Below, one piece after another: positions 1-10,646 of a stretch of DNA of 64,000 nucleotides; the stretch's first letter is position 1; every line of letters starts with the position of its first letter. A program made the position numbers and the translations under genes. This DNA comes from an uncultured Methanosarcinaceae archaeon. GTDB lineage: Archaea > Halobacteriota > Methanosarcinia > Methanosarcinales > Methanosarcinaceae. The DNA lies in assembly GCA_963847185.1 (NCBI GenBank), contig CAWJYV010000004.1, positions 32,001 through 96,000 of the forward strand, in the 5' to 3' direction. Under the pieces are notes generated by a model. That model ran no database searches. It was not told the origin of the DNA and was given only the letters and a program-made list of their open reading frames with translations.

Positions 1-358
1 TGCTCTGTGCAATAAATGCGACGACAATGGCATCTGCCGCTTCCAGAGCAATATATTCCATATACACTGCGAGACCCACACTGGCGGCTGCCCCTGGTCC
101 TATAAAAAGCCTTGCCCAATCGTAAGGACCTCCTGCAAGTTTGGTTGCTGATCCGAGTTCACTGGCGCAGAGAGAAATCATTACATACATGGCTCCTGCA
201 ACCAGCATAGCAAGCAAGGATCCCAGAATTCCTCCTTTTGCGACTGTGAAATTCCAACCCATGTATTCTCCAACTAGCACGATCCCTACTCCGAGAGCCC
301 ATACATGGAAAGGCCTCAAAGTTTTCACTAAGCTTCCAGATTCATGGTGTTCAGACAT
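1..358 (-). CDS. mtmP: Methylamine permease (APC family), 5' part; runs off window edge
   Basis: Manual translation MSEHHESGSLVKTLRPFHVWALGVGIVLVGEYMGWNF..., APC permease N-terminus; GAGGT SD upstream; downstream of mtmCB. Confidence 0.85.
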   Translation of the reverse strand, partial: MSEHHESGSLVKTLRPFHVWALGVGIVLVGEYMGWNFTVAKGGILGSLLAMLVAGAMYVMISLCASELGSATKLAGGPYDWARLFIGPGAAASVGLAVYMEYIALEAADAIVVAFIAQS

Positions 359-362
359 AGTC

Positions 363-467
363 TCAACCTCTTCTTTTCGAAACCTTACTGGCATCCAGTA
401 AGACCCAGCCAATTAATCCGAAAGCCAGGAGATATATCAGTCCATTTATAACGGTCCACATATCCAT
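363..467 (-). CDS. 34-aa single-TM small protein upstream of mtmP
   Basis: MDMWTVINGLIYLLAFGLIGWVLLDASKVSKRRG*, GGAGG SD, stop 4 nt before mtmP ATG. Confidence 0.7.
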   Translation of the reverse strand: MDMWTVINGLIYLLAFGLIGWVLLDASKVSKRRG

Positions 468-582
468 TTTAATATCCCCTCCGTTTTATCTTGGAGTTAA
501 CGTCCTGAATTTTTATATCCGGTTCCCTAAGCGTAAAGATCCTCATAACCAGTAATTTTCTTAAAATATTTCGCCTAAGCAA

Positions 583-613
583 TAAAAAAATTAACCAGCG
601 AGAGCCTCGCTGG
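583..613 (-). terminator. Hairpin plus U-tract after mtmB
   Basis: CCAGCGAG-agc-CTCGCTGG (595-613) followed on the minus strand by a T-run. Confidence 0.5.
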
Positions 614-656
614 CTTTCAGGTTACCTCAATATAAATTCAGGCTTATATTTTTAAT

Positions 657-2033
657 TTAGAATACAAGTCCGAGGTCTTCGAGCTTCTTTCTTGCCCCAT
701 CGTAGACCTGCATGTATTCGTCAGTTGGAGTCACTGTCTTTACGTCGTAGCATTCCTGGAAGGTCTTTCCTGCGGGTGCGTTTGCGTAATTCTTCTCGTA
801 GAGAGCTACGAGTTTGTCAAGGATTACGTTAATCTCTGCAATATCGACACCGGCAGTTGCTCTTGCAACTTCTCCCATCATCCTGGCTTCCATACCAGTT
901 GTCTTGTCAGTTACGACGCCTTTTGCTGACGCAACACCTGAGAGGATTTCTCTTCCTGATGCAGTGTCAGTAATGGACTGGGCTGAAGCTTCAAGGAGAC
1001 ACATCTCAGTACACGGGCCTGCACATGGGTAGTACTGGTTTCCTGAGAGAATATCTGTGAACTCGGAAATTGTTGCACATGCCCATCCTGCGATTATCAG
1101 GGTTTCCCTGGTGTTGGTTGACCCCCAGCGGATGTGGACAGGACCGTCAAGGTGCCAGCTTGCGCTGCTCATGACAACGGAGTTAATGTGGGTTGCAATG
1201 TCAACGATTGTGGTTTCTTCAATTCCGCCTGCATACCCTCCGAAAATCGGCATCTGTTCATCCATTATAATGTCGCTGTTTCCTTTGTAATGGGCGATAA
1301 CAGCGATTGCATCAAGGTCGATCTTGAGTTCATTGAGTTGAGAGACCTCGTGGCTGTCCGTTGAAGCCATTCCGCCGGCGCAGTCCGCGGAAATGTTTCC
1401 CTGAGCAGACAGGGAAGTCTCTGGGCCCTATATGCCCATGCCTGGGCGGCCTGCCATTGCGCATGCCTGCTTAATCAGGCGGGTTTCTGTCTTTGCGGCA
1501 AGAACCTCATAAGGACTGCCTGGAATAGGAGGCTTTCCACGAACAGAAGTCATGACCCCATCTACGATTGTGTCAACTTCCTTTTCTAGAGCATAGCTCA
1601 TGTGAACAGGCATGAACACATCTTCTGAAATCGGAGAGCCAGTAGGGCCGCCCTGGACGATGGGCTTTCTCCTGTCTCCAACGCTTCTCTTCCTTACGTT
1701 TACTGCTTCTCTGCCTGTACCGAGGGTAAATTCTTTCTGGACATTGTTGATTGCGTCCCAGATTTCAGCTTCAGTGTACTTTACGATCCTGTGTGTGTCG
1801 GTACAGTAAATACCGCAGTCAAGGAGCATCTCGAAGCCTGCATTGAAGAGTTTTTCCATCATATCCCTGTCCGTAGGAATAAACTCTCCTTTGAAGTCAA
1901 GCCCGTACTTATGCTTGAGCTCCATTGCCTTCATTGGGATCTTCATAAGGTCCCAGTCATCCTGGGTGCATTTTTCTCCTACTTTTGCTCTGTCGTAGAA
2001 GTCATAGCAGTCAACTGATTTTCTAAAAGTCAT
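657..2033 (-). CDS. mtmB: Monomethylamine:corrinoid methyltransferase, 458 aa, pyrrolysine at codon 202
   Basis: ORFs 1428..2033 and 657..1370 are in frame and joined by one TAG (1428-1430) in GRPGMGI-O-GPETSLSAQG; N-terminus MTFRKS. Confidence 0.97.
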
Positions 2034-2053
2034 CGTATTTTGCCTCCTCAGGA

Positions 2054-2707
2054 TTATTTCATAACATCGAGTGCAACTTTTGCAGCTTCTGCAGCATTTT
2101 CTGCAGTTGCGTCAGCTCCGATTTCTGTAATCCATTTGTCGGATACCGGAGCTCCTCCGAACATGCACTTTACGCTGTCCCTGAGGTTTTCTTCCCTGAG
2201 CCTGTCCATAAGATCTTTCTGGCCGAGCATTGAGGTGGTCATGAGGGCAGAACCTACCAAAAGCACTTTTTCTCCCTTGTGCTTTGTAGCCTCTTCAACA
2301 ACGGTTTCGTTAAGGACGTCAACTCCAAGGTCAAGGATCTGGAAACCGTTTGCTCCGAGCATGGTAGTGACAAGCCTGTGACCTATGTCGTGAATATCTC
2401 CTTCTGCAACAAAAGTGATCGCAAGCCCAGTTTCATCTCCTTCTTTCCTGTTCTTTTCAAGCTCAGGGGTAAGGACTTCCATTGCATTGCTCATTGCCTT
2501 TCCAGACATCATGATTTGAGGCAGAAATATTTCGGCAGCTTCGAATTTGTCACCGATAATCTTCATTCCAACGGAAAGACCTTTTGTAATAATGTCAATT
2601 GCTGGAATTCCTGCGTCCAGAGCCTCCCTGGCTAACTGCGCAGTGCCTGCAACGTTCTGGTTTACTATCGCGTCGCGTAGTTTATCAAAAATCTCTTGGT
2701 TTGCCAT
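2054..2707 (-). CDS. mtmC: Monomethylamine corrinoid protein
   Basis: B12-binding motif EGDIHDIGH and GSALMTTS; adjacent to mtmB. Confidence 0.95.
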   Translation of the reverse strand: MANQEIFDKLRDAIVNQNVAGTAQLAREALDAGIPAIDIITKGLSVGMKIIGDKFEAAEIFLPQIMMSGKAMSNAMEVLTPELEKNRKEGDETGLAITFVAEGDIHDIGHRLVTTMLGANGFQILDLGVDVLNETVVEEATKHKGEKVLLVGSALMTTSMLGQKDLMDRLREENLRDSVKCMFGGAPVSDKWITEIGADATAENAAEAAKVALDVMK

Positions 2708-3612
2708 TTTTAAACCTCTTTTGAACTTGCCGTTCTATGGTATCGTTGGGTACAATGTCCATGAAATATCTCAAGTCTGAAATACCTTGGAGTGGACAAA
2801 TTTTCTCGCAAAGGTTTAACGTCTATGTATCAGGCCCAAGCTCCGCTAGCTAAAGAAAAGCATTCGCATGGGGTTCTTACTTTGGTACAAATCCCTGCTG
2901 CCTTATTTCAGCCATCAGGCATAAGGACTTCCTTTACGGGATTTAATTGCCTGTAAAATTATTCACTACTGTGCCATTTCTTGCCTGAATAAAATCCAGG
3001 CTCTTCAAGAGTAATTCTTTTCTCCCGACATTGTTACCTGGGAACATATTTATTGGAAACTGCAAATTTGCCTATTTCCTGGCCGAATTAGCAATTTATA
3101 TCCTAAATTTCCTAACAGAATAACTGCTAGAACTGTATATTTTCAGTTTTTCATCAGAGCTCAGTGAGTCACAGCTTATTTCTACATAGAGCCGATATGA
3201 CTCCAATCACTCTCTGCAAAAATCGTTTTTCAGCCGACAATTTTCAATTTTGTTTTTATTGTAATTTTTATTGCCGTTTATTGTTTTTGATGCCGTCTTT
3301 AACCTCTCCAAATAAATGTTTGTTATTTGTCAAGGTAATTTATTATTGAATTTTTTAATTATCTAATCGGCGATTTATTTATTCCTTTAATAATATATAG
3401 CCCAATCTGGATAGCTCTTTCGAAGGCATTAGGTGATAGAAATAGATCTATGAGAATTCAAGAGCAATGAGATTTTTTTATGGCTTTAAAATTTTCAAAT
3501 GCTTTAAATTACGAATTCAAAATAATCTTTGTATTGTTTCTGTATTCCAAACGCATCGCATTAGCGATACAATATATTAAATAAAAAAATCTTTAAAAAA
3601 TATGAAATAGCA

Positions 3613-4000
3613 ATGAGTTTTTTATATGATATTATCTGGGTTGTGGGTATGAGTTACTGATCAAGTCCGAAAAAGCGAGTACATTTCCCTCATATTGGGA
3701 AAAATGCAAAGAGATTCTTATGCTTGCAGTTTTCAATGACCCATTCCCACCTCTCGAAAAGTTTTCTATTTTTATTACTGGAAGGGTCTGAGGATATCAA
3801 CCAAACAAGATTTTTTTTAACATAACGTCAAAAGCAATCATAATACAGATAAAATCCTAAAATCAAGGGCTAGCTCTTCAGGAGGATGACATTTATACAC
3901 TTGGATATTGGAAAATTTATTGTAGAAGGGATAATACTCTCTTGAACACTTGAGGCCATCGAAAAGGATAGAAAAATACTGAGCAAACTAGAGAAACATG
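3613..4000 (+). pseudogene. Decayed paralog of the 4790 winged-helix regulator, split by a MITE
   Basis: GCAATG-MSFLYDIIW start, then frameshifted fragments LLLEG, NITSKAIIIQIK, ALQEDDIYTL, DIGKFIVE collinear with 4790..5090. Confidence 0.75.
3639..3751. mobile_element. MITE family A (~113 bp), reverse copy
   Basis: Shares AAGCATAAGAATCTCT core and TGAGTTA/TAACTC termini with five other copies in the window. Confidence 0.7.
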
Positions 4001-4789
4001 TGTAATATTGAAATTTAAATTGCTCTAACAAAAAAGACTTATTTGTTGGAGGTATCCGAGGACTATATTCTGATGTCTTAAATACTTATGATCACAATCC
4101 TCGGATGTCTGTATTGTAATGCATTGGTTTTGATTTATAAGCAGCTTAAGAAGGCCGCCTTCTAACTATCAGATGTCCTTTTTCTTTTGCCTCAGGGCTT
4201 TAAAGCTCCGGGTTGCATTCCCACGTGCGATCCGGATAACTTTTCTTCCATGATACATTTTGATTCCTTTCTGGATGCAAATTTTTAAATTCTATTTAAC
4301 TTTTTTGCCACTTTTTAATCCTTTTTTACGTTTAATCGGCTTCTGCCGTTTTTTAATCTATTTTGAAACCCTCTCTTTTGATAGATCTGGGATCTACTCT
4401 AGAAAATTTGCCTTTTCTAGAGGTTTAATTATCTTCCCAGTACCTGATTTATACTATAAATCCAATAATATATAGCCCAACCTATGAGGTTTTTTCAAAT
4501 ATTTCAGGTAAGGGAATAGGCAGTTAGTAAATACTGAAGTAAAAGGTTTTTTCAATGCCGTTAAAATTTTGAGTCTCATAAATTTCCGGTTTAAAAAGTT
4601 GGATTATCAGGTTAAATAGAAGTATTTCTGTGATCAAAAATAAAAAATAGTAAGCAAATAAAGCTAAAGAAGTTAGAAAAGAATATTGAATATTCCTTTA
4701 CTTTAAGGTGGCTCCTCTCATTTAAATTTATTTATTCACAATATAACATAATGTATTAATAAAAGGTTTTTAATATTATAAATTTAGCA

Positions 4790-5575
4790 ATGAGCTCGTC
4801 TTTATGCGATACAATCTGGCTTTCTGAAAAAAGGAAAAACCTTCTCCTTTTGTTAATGGAAGGACCCCGAGACATCGAGCAAATTAAAACTTCTCTCAAT
4901 GTGACTGCAAAAGCTATGATGCCTCAGATCAAGATCCTAAAAAAACAAGAGTTGATCCTTCAGAAAGGGGATATTTATGAACTCTCGGAGATTGGAAAAC
5001 TTGTTGTAGCGAACATGCTACCCCTACTTAACACGCTGGAGGTTATTGAGGAAAACAAAGAATACTGGGCAAGCCGGGATATGAGCACAATCCCTATAGA
5101 GATGTTCCTTCGTCTTGGTGAACTTGGAGAATGTATGGTTATTGAGCCTGACCTAAACCATCTTTTTGACCTTCCAAGAGAATTCACTGAAAACCTCGCA
5201 AAATCTAGGTTCATTATGGGCTCCTTTTCTTATTATCATCCCCTTTATCCCTCTCTTTATTCAAAGCTTGCAAAAAGCGAAGCTGAAGTGGAACTTGTAT
5301 TTACTGAACCCGTTTTCGAGAGACTGAGAAATGATTCCCCTGAAGAACTAAGGTCTCTCTTAAATTCAGAAAATACTGTTGTGGGAGTCTGCACAGAAGA
5401 TCTAAACATTCCCACGATTGCTGTCACAGACCGCTTTATGTATATCTGCCTTTTCGACAAGCATGGGAAATATGATCATAGAAAGGTTATGAGTTTTGAT
5501 GCAAGTGCACTCCACTGGGGTAGAGAGCTTTTCACGCATTACAAAAAATCCCTCAGGGAAGTGAAAGATGTTTAA
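4790..5575 (+). CDS. Winged-helix transcriptional regulator (ArsR-like HTH + DUF1724-type domain)
   Basis: SEKRKNLLLLLMEGP HTH start and C-terminal ALHWGRELF, typical of methanosarcinal Msr-like regulators. Confidence 0.85.
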   Translation: MSSSLCDTIWLSEKRKNLLLLLMEGPRDIEQIKTSLNVTAKAMMPQIKILKKQELILQKGDIYELSEIGKLVVANMLPLLNTLEVIEENKEYWASRDMSTIPIEMFLRLGELGECMVIEPDLNHLFDLPREFTENLAKSRFIMGSFSYYHPLYPSLYSKLAKSEAEVELVFTEPVFERLRNDSPEELRSLLNSENTVVGVCTEDLNIPTIAVTDRFMYICLFDKHGKYDHRKVMSFDASALHWGRELFTHYKKSLREVKDV

Positions 5576-5649
5576 CACTCGTGGTTTTTGAAACATGAAA
5601 AGTGACATTTCATCTGAATCTTTTCCTTAACTAATTAGTTGGAGTTAGC

Positions 5650-8274
5650 ATGATAAGGTTCAAACAAGTCCCCCTTAAATCGAAACTGGTCATTTTTACC
5701 GTTGTGGGGATTTTTCTGGTTCTAGTTGCATCTACTGCAGTTATAATAAGCACCGTTACAGCTCAGGAAGAAAGGTTGGCTTACCAGAAGTCTATTGAAA
5801 TGGCTAACAACTACGCAAATCAGTTTGATTCAAGAATGAAGGCAAATCAGGCCGTTGCAAGTACGCTTGCTCTAACAATGGCCAAGTATGAAGCCTCTGA
5901 CCGAAAAGAGGTAATGGGTATCCTGAAAAACGTTCTTCAAAAAAATCCTAATCTAATAGGCGTCTATGTAGGATATGAGCCTGATATTTTTGATGGCAGG
6001 GATGTCGAATATATAAATACTTCTGGACACGATGCAACCGGCAGATTTGTGCCTTATTGCAATATGATTAAAGGATCAATGGTTATTGAACCTTTGGTCA
6101 ATTATGATTCTTCTGACTATTACCAGCTACCAAAAACTACAGGCAGGGACGTGCTGACTGAACCATACTTTTATGAGGGAATATTCATGGTGAGCTATGA
6201 CTCTCCCATTTTTAAAGATGGAAAATTCGCAGGAATAGCAGGTGTTGATGTTCCCCTTGAATATGTGGACGAAAGCACAAGCAAAATCAAAGCTTTCGAT
6301 ACAGGGTACGCCTTTATGGTAAGCAATACCGGGATCTTACTTTCTCATCCTACACAGAAAGATTGGATTGGGAAAAAAAGCCTTGCTGATTTTGATATTG
6401 AAGAAGTTAAAAGGGCTGCAAGTGATATCCAAAAAGGGATCGGAGGAAATATAGAAGTTAAAGATCCTACTACGGATAAGAACGTTATTATGTTTTATGA
6501 GCCCGTTAAAACAGGGAATTTTTCCTTTGTTCTGGTCGTTCCAAAAGAAGAAATGTTTGCCGGAGTAACTGACCTTCGAAACAGGTTACTGATAATCTCG
6601 GCAATATCTATTCTGTTTATGGCTGCTCTGGCTTACATGATTGCCCGTTCTATTACAAGGCCTATAGATGAAATTGTTGAAGATTTTAAGAGTATCGCCC
6701 ACTATGCTGTTAAAGGCAAGCTTGACGTCCGGGCAAAGACAGACGTGGAAATTGATTTTCGGGAAATTCCGACAGGTCTTAATGAAATACTTAAGGCCGT
6801 AATTGTTCCTGTTCGGGAGACCAGAAGGGTTACAAATGCCCTTGCTAAAGGGAAGTTAAAAGAACGAGTAAAAGTGAATATGCAGGGAGAATTCAAGGAA
6901 CTTGGAGATACCCTTGATGCTTTCTCTGAAACTCTCAATATGATTATCGATGATTCAAACGCTGTGCTTACTGCCTTTCAAAATAATGATTTCAAGCGTG
7001 AAATCCTTGTACACGGACAGGGTGATTTTAAATCCCTTACGGATGGGATTGAAGAAACAAGAAAGGTACTTGACACGGTTACAGCTCAAAGGAGAGCAGC
7101 GGAAAAGGCTCTTCTGGAGTATGCATTGGAACTTGAACATTCTAACAAGTTAAAAGAAGATATGGAGAGAATAATCAATAACAGCCCAGTAATCGTCTTT
7201 TTGTGGAAATATGAGCCTAAATGGCCTGCTGAATTTGTGTCTGAAAATATTACAAGGCTTGGGTACGAAGCAGAAGATTTTACCTCAAAAAGGATTGTCT
7301 ATGGAGACATAGTGCATCCCGAAGATCTAAAAAAGATGCATGAAGAGCTTTCCAGAAATGTAGATTCAGGCTGTGATGTCTATACTTCGGAATACAGGGT
7401 ATATACCAAATCTGGAGAGATCCGCTGGGTTGATGAGAGGACTTTTATTCAGAGAGATGAAAAAGGTGAGATTCACCTTCAGGGTATTATTCTTGATATT
7501 ACGGAACACAAAAAAGCTGAAGAAGCTCTACTGCAGATAGAGGAAATACACAAAAAAGAAATCCATCACAGAATCAAAAACAACTTGCAGGTAATTTCAA
7601 CTCTGCTGTATCTTGAGTCCGGGAATTTCTCAGAAAGAAAGGTAGTGGAAGCTTTCAAAGACAGCCAGCACAGAGTTAAATCAATGGCTCTTATACATGA
7701 AAAGCTCTACCAGTCTGTAGATATGGTAAGTGTGGACTTTGCAGATTACATAAAGAATCTTGCCGATTATCTCCTCCATTCATATGCCACAGGTAACGGG
7801 AAAGTCAACTTGAAACTCGATGTTGACAACATTTTCCTGGGAATGGATACGGCAGTTCCTCTAGGAATAATAATCAATGAACTTGTTTCAAACGCCCTTA
7901 AACATGCTTTTTCCAAAGATGAAGACGGAGAGGTCTTCATCCAACTATATCGGAACTGTAGAGTTCAACCTGAAAAAGTAGAAAAATATAAAAATGCAGA
8001 AGATCAAGTGCCTAGGGACGGAAATATTGATTCTACTGTTTCTGGAAATATTGTACCGAAAGATAAAATAGTAGAGGATAGGCTAACTCTGATTGTAAGG
8101 GATAATGGTAAAGGTTTTCCAAAAGACTTGGACTTCAAAGACACTGATTCCCTCGGGCTGCAGCTGGTGACTGCGCTTGTAGACCAGATTAATGGAATTA
8201 TGAAACTCAACGCAGGCAACGGAACTGAGTTTAAAATTGTCTTTCAGGAACTGAAGTACAAAAAAAAGGTGTAA
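5650..8274 (+). CDS. Membrane sensor histidine kinase (dCache-HAMP-PAS-HisKA_2-HATPase)
   Basis: Two TM helices flanking a Cache domain (LTEPYF, GIAGVDV), PAS (IVHPED), EIHHRIKNNLQ H-box, NELVSNALKHAF, DNGKG. Confidence 0.92.
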   Translation: MIRFKQVPLKSKLVIFTVVGIFLVLVASTAVIISTVTAQEERLAYQKSIEMANNYANQFDSRMKANQAVASTLALTMAKYEASDRKEVMGILKNVLQKNPNLIGVYVGYEPDIFDGRDVEYINTSGHDATGRFVPYCNMIKGSMVIEPLVNYDSSDYYQLPKTTGRDVLTEPYFYEGIFMVSYDSPIFKDGKFAGIAGVDVPLEYVDESTSKIKAFDTGYAFMVSNTGILLSHPTQKDWIGKKSLADFDIEEVKRAASDIQKGIGGNIEVKDPTTDKNVIMFYEPVKTGNFSFVLVVPKEEMFAGVTDLRNRLLIISAISILFMAALAYMIARSITRPIDEIVEDFKSIAHYAVKGKLDVRAKTDVEIDFREIPTGLNEILKAVIVPVRETRRVTNALAKGKLKERVKVNMQGEFKELGDTLDAFSETLNMIIDDSNAVLTAFQNNDFKREILVHGQGDFKSLTDGIEETRKVLDTVTAQRRAAEKALLEYALELEHSNKLKEDMERIINNSPVIVFLWKYEPKWPAEFVSENITRLGYEAEDFTSKRIVYGDIVHPEDLKKMHEELSRNVDSGCDVYTSEYRVYTKSGEIRWVDERTFIQRDEKGEIHLQGIILDITEHKKAEEALLQIEEIHKKEIHHRIKNNLQVISTLLYLESGNFSERKVVEAFKDSQHRVKSMALIHEKLYQSVDMVSVDFADYIKNLADYLLHSYATGNGKVNLKLDVDNIFLGMDTAVPLGIIINELVSNALKHAFSKDEDGEVFIQLYRNCRVQPEKVEKYKNAEDQVPRDGNIDSTVSGNIVPKDKIVEDRLTLIVRDNGKGFPKDLDFKDTDSLGLQLVTALVDQINGIMKLNAGNGTEFKIVFQELKYKKKV

Positions 8275-8277
8275 GGG

Positions 8278-8688
8278 ATGGCAGAAGGACGAATTCTAAT
8301 TGTTGAAGATGAACATATAGTTGCAATGGGAATAAAGCGGATGTTAAAAGGCCTTGGATATACAGTTACAGGTATTGCATCCTCGGGAGACGATGCTATT
8401 GGCAAAGCTGAAAGTACTTTTCCTGACCTGGTGCTGATGGATGTTATGCTTAAAGGGGACATGGACGGTGTAGAAGCTGCAAAAGAAATAAAAAAGCTTT
8501 TTGGCATTCCTGTTGTTTACCTGACCGCATATTCTGATAGCAACGTTCTCGAAAGAGCCAAAAAGACCGGGCCGCTTGGTTATATTATAAAACCCTTTGA
8601 TGAAAAAGATCTGCACAGTAATATTGAAATAGCCCTTCACAGGTATAGAACAGAAAAAAAAACACCTGCTGAAACAGGTGAAGAATAA
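8278..8688 (+). CDS. Stand-alone response regulator receiver protein
   Basis: ILIVEDE, PDLVLMD, YLTA, IIKPF motifs. Confidence 0.92.
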   Translation: MAEGRILIVEDEHIVAMGIKRMLKGLGYTVTGIASSGDDAIGKAESTFPDLVLMDVMLKGDMDGVEAAKEIKKLFGIPVVYLTAYSDSNVLERAKKTGPLGYIIKPFDEKDLHSNIEIALHRYRTEKKTPAETGEE

Positions 8689-9275
8689 ATACAATTTCAA
8701 TCAGCATTTTAATAATCGTTTTCCAGGTTTCAGCTTCTTTCTATTTCCTTTATATTTATGTAAATTTCTTTTTGTCTTTAATTTATCCAAGATTTCTGGT
8801 AAATTTGATGTTCATTACTGGATTTGCTTTTTTAGACTACTCTGATATTATTAAAATATTTAATTGGATTAAAATATCCAATGAATATTTCCACGTCAAC
8901 TTTCGAAGGTAAAGGATGGTCTCCTTTGAAAATCTTTTTTCTATTGAATTTATTCTCTAGAGAAGGTTATATAGATCTATATTTATAGAATTTTTATGTA
9001 AGAAATTTTCTGACTCCATTTTTATCTATTTTCCATAATTTTAGAAATATAGGCTATACAAAGGTAAATATGTGTATTTTTGAACATAAAGCTTGATATA
9101 TAAGTTGGTAAGGAACTGACATGGAAATAATATAGAGCAAGAAAGAAATATAGACAGAATGATAGAAAGGCAGTACGGATTTAAGATAACATAGAAACAA
9201 AAGGGCTATCAAAACAGCAAATCAATATCAAAAAATGAGTTCTCTGTAGCTTAATATGAAAAATTTAGGTGCAGT

Positions 9276-9749
9276 ATGTCAGAAAGACGAGTTTTGATTG
9301 TTGAGGACGAGCTCATTGTAGCAATGGGGATAGAACGAATGCTAATAACTTTGGGGCATAAAGTTGCAGGTATTGCCTCTTCAGGAGAAGAGGCTATAAG
9401 GAAGACTGAGATTACCTTTCCTGACATTATATTGATGGATATTATGTTGAAGGGTGATATGAATGGTATAGAAGCAGCAAAAGAAATTAAAGTTCATTTT
9501 GACATTTCGATAGTTTATCTCACCGCCTGCTCTGAAAATCAAATTGTTGAGAATGCTTGGAAAACTAATCCTTCAGGATATATTGTAAAGCCCTTCGATG
9601 AGAATGACCTTCAGAAAAGTATTGATGTAGCTCTTCGAGGGTACAGGATGAAAAAAGATATAGAGAAAGATTCCGAAAAAAAGGAAAGGAATCCTGAAAA
9701 AATCCGGAATCTCCTCGCTACTCAGATGGGAGTGAAAAACTCAGATTGA
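9276..9749 (+). CDS. Second receiver-domain protein (paralog of 8278)
   Basis: VLIVEDE, PDIILMD, YIVKPF. Confidence 0.9.
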   Translation: MSERRVLIVEDELIVAMGIERMLITLGHKVAGIASSGEEAIRKTEITFPDIILMDIMLKGDMNGIEAAKEIKVHFDISIVYLTACSENQIVENAWKTNPSGYIVKPFDENDLQKSIDVALRGYRMKKDIEKDSEKKERNPEKIRNLLATQMGVKNSD

Positions 9750-9878
9750 GCCCAAGATTTTTTCAAAATGAGCTTTTCAATTCCTCTTCTAGGGTTTGTG
9801 AAATCGCTTTAAGGGCTTTTATTCATTCAAATGTATACAGTTTATTGTGCAATAGAACTGGCTATAGCATAGGAAAAT

Positions 9879-9930
9879 TAAGTCCTATAGGACTTACGCG
9901 GTTGAACTGAATAATCAACAGCCTCAAACT
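9879..9930. mobile_element. IS/MITE end remnant (GGACTTACGC-type terminus)
   Basis: Palindrome TAAGTCCTATAGGACTTA followed by CGCGGTTGAACTGAA, matching the inner element at 27533. Confidence 0.5.
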
Positions 9931-10646
9931 TCCATGACCCTGTTGTAGTATCTACCAGGAAGGAAAAACGCTTTTTTAGTGTTGCTGTATCTGTCACCAA
10001 AGAATCTTTTATTTTTTACAAAGCAGCCTTCAACCAAATTGTATTTATTTTCCATTTCACTGCTCCACTATATTAAATTATGTATAAATATATTAATACT
10101 GTTACACCTTTATGGGATTTTGGTAGGAAAAAAGCATTCAAGTGGCTCATGATCAGTGAAAAAATGGAAGTTTAAAAAACGGGATAATATATTTGGATAA
10201 GAAACTAAGGTCTAGACTTAATACTCTGGAAACGCCCACATAGGAGAAACCTACACCTCCCAAAATGACCTCGAATATTGGCTCTGTATTCCCCCAATCC
10301 AGAACATTACTGAGTCAGGTGTAAATATAATTCCATTTGTGCTTTCTACCCTTAAATGAAGACAGATAGTTTTATATCCCGTATTACACGCCCAAAAAAC
10401 CTCACTATTTTTTTGCTTGCGGTTTTCATAAATGGGGATGTCAAGAAACAAAGATGAATGAAACAAAAATGAATGAATGAAACAAAGACAAATTAAAGGA
10501 TTAACAAACTTAAGGCAAAGATTTTATAATCAAATCAAGTTAACTTGATTTATTCTCAAATATGTTTTTTAAAAAGATACATATAGCAGATATCCCTATT
10601 TAATATATGAGTTAATTTGACCCAATTTTACTGGAGATTGATTCTG

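Noticed and set aside
657-2033. mtmB as two genes or a nonsense pseudogene
   Set aside because: The single in-frame TAG sits at the known Pyl position and the total length matches MtmB
10251-10466. Minus-strand ORF ending in TAG as another Pyl read-through
   Set aside because: Read-through adds only ~10 codons; no recognisable family or SD
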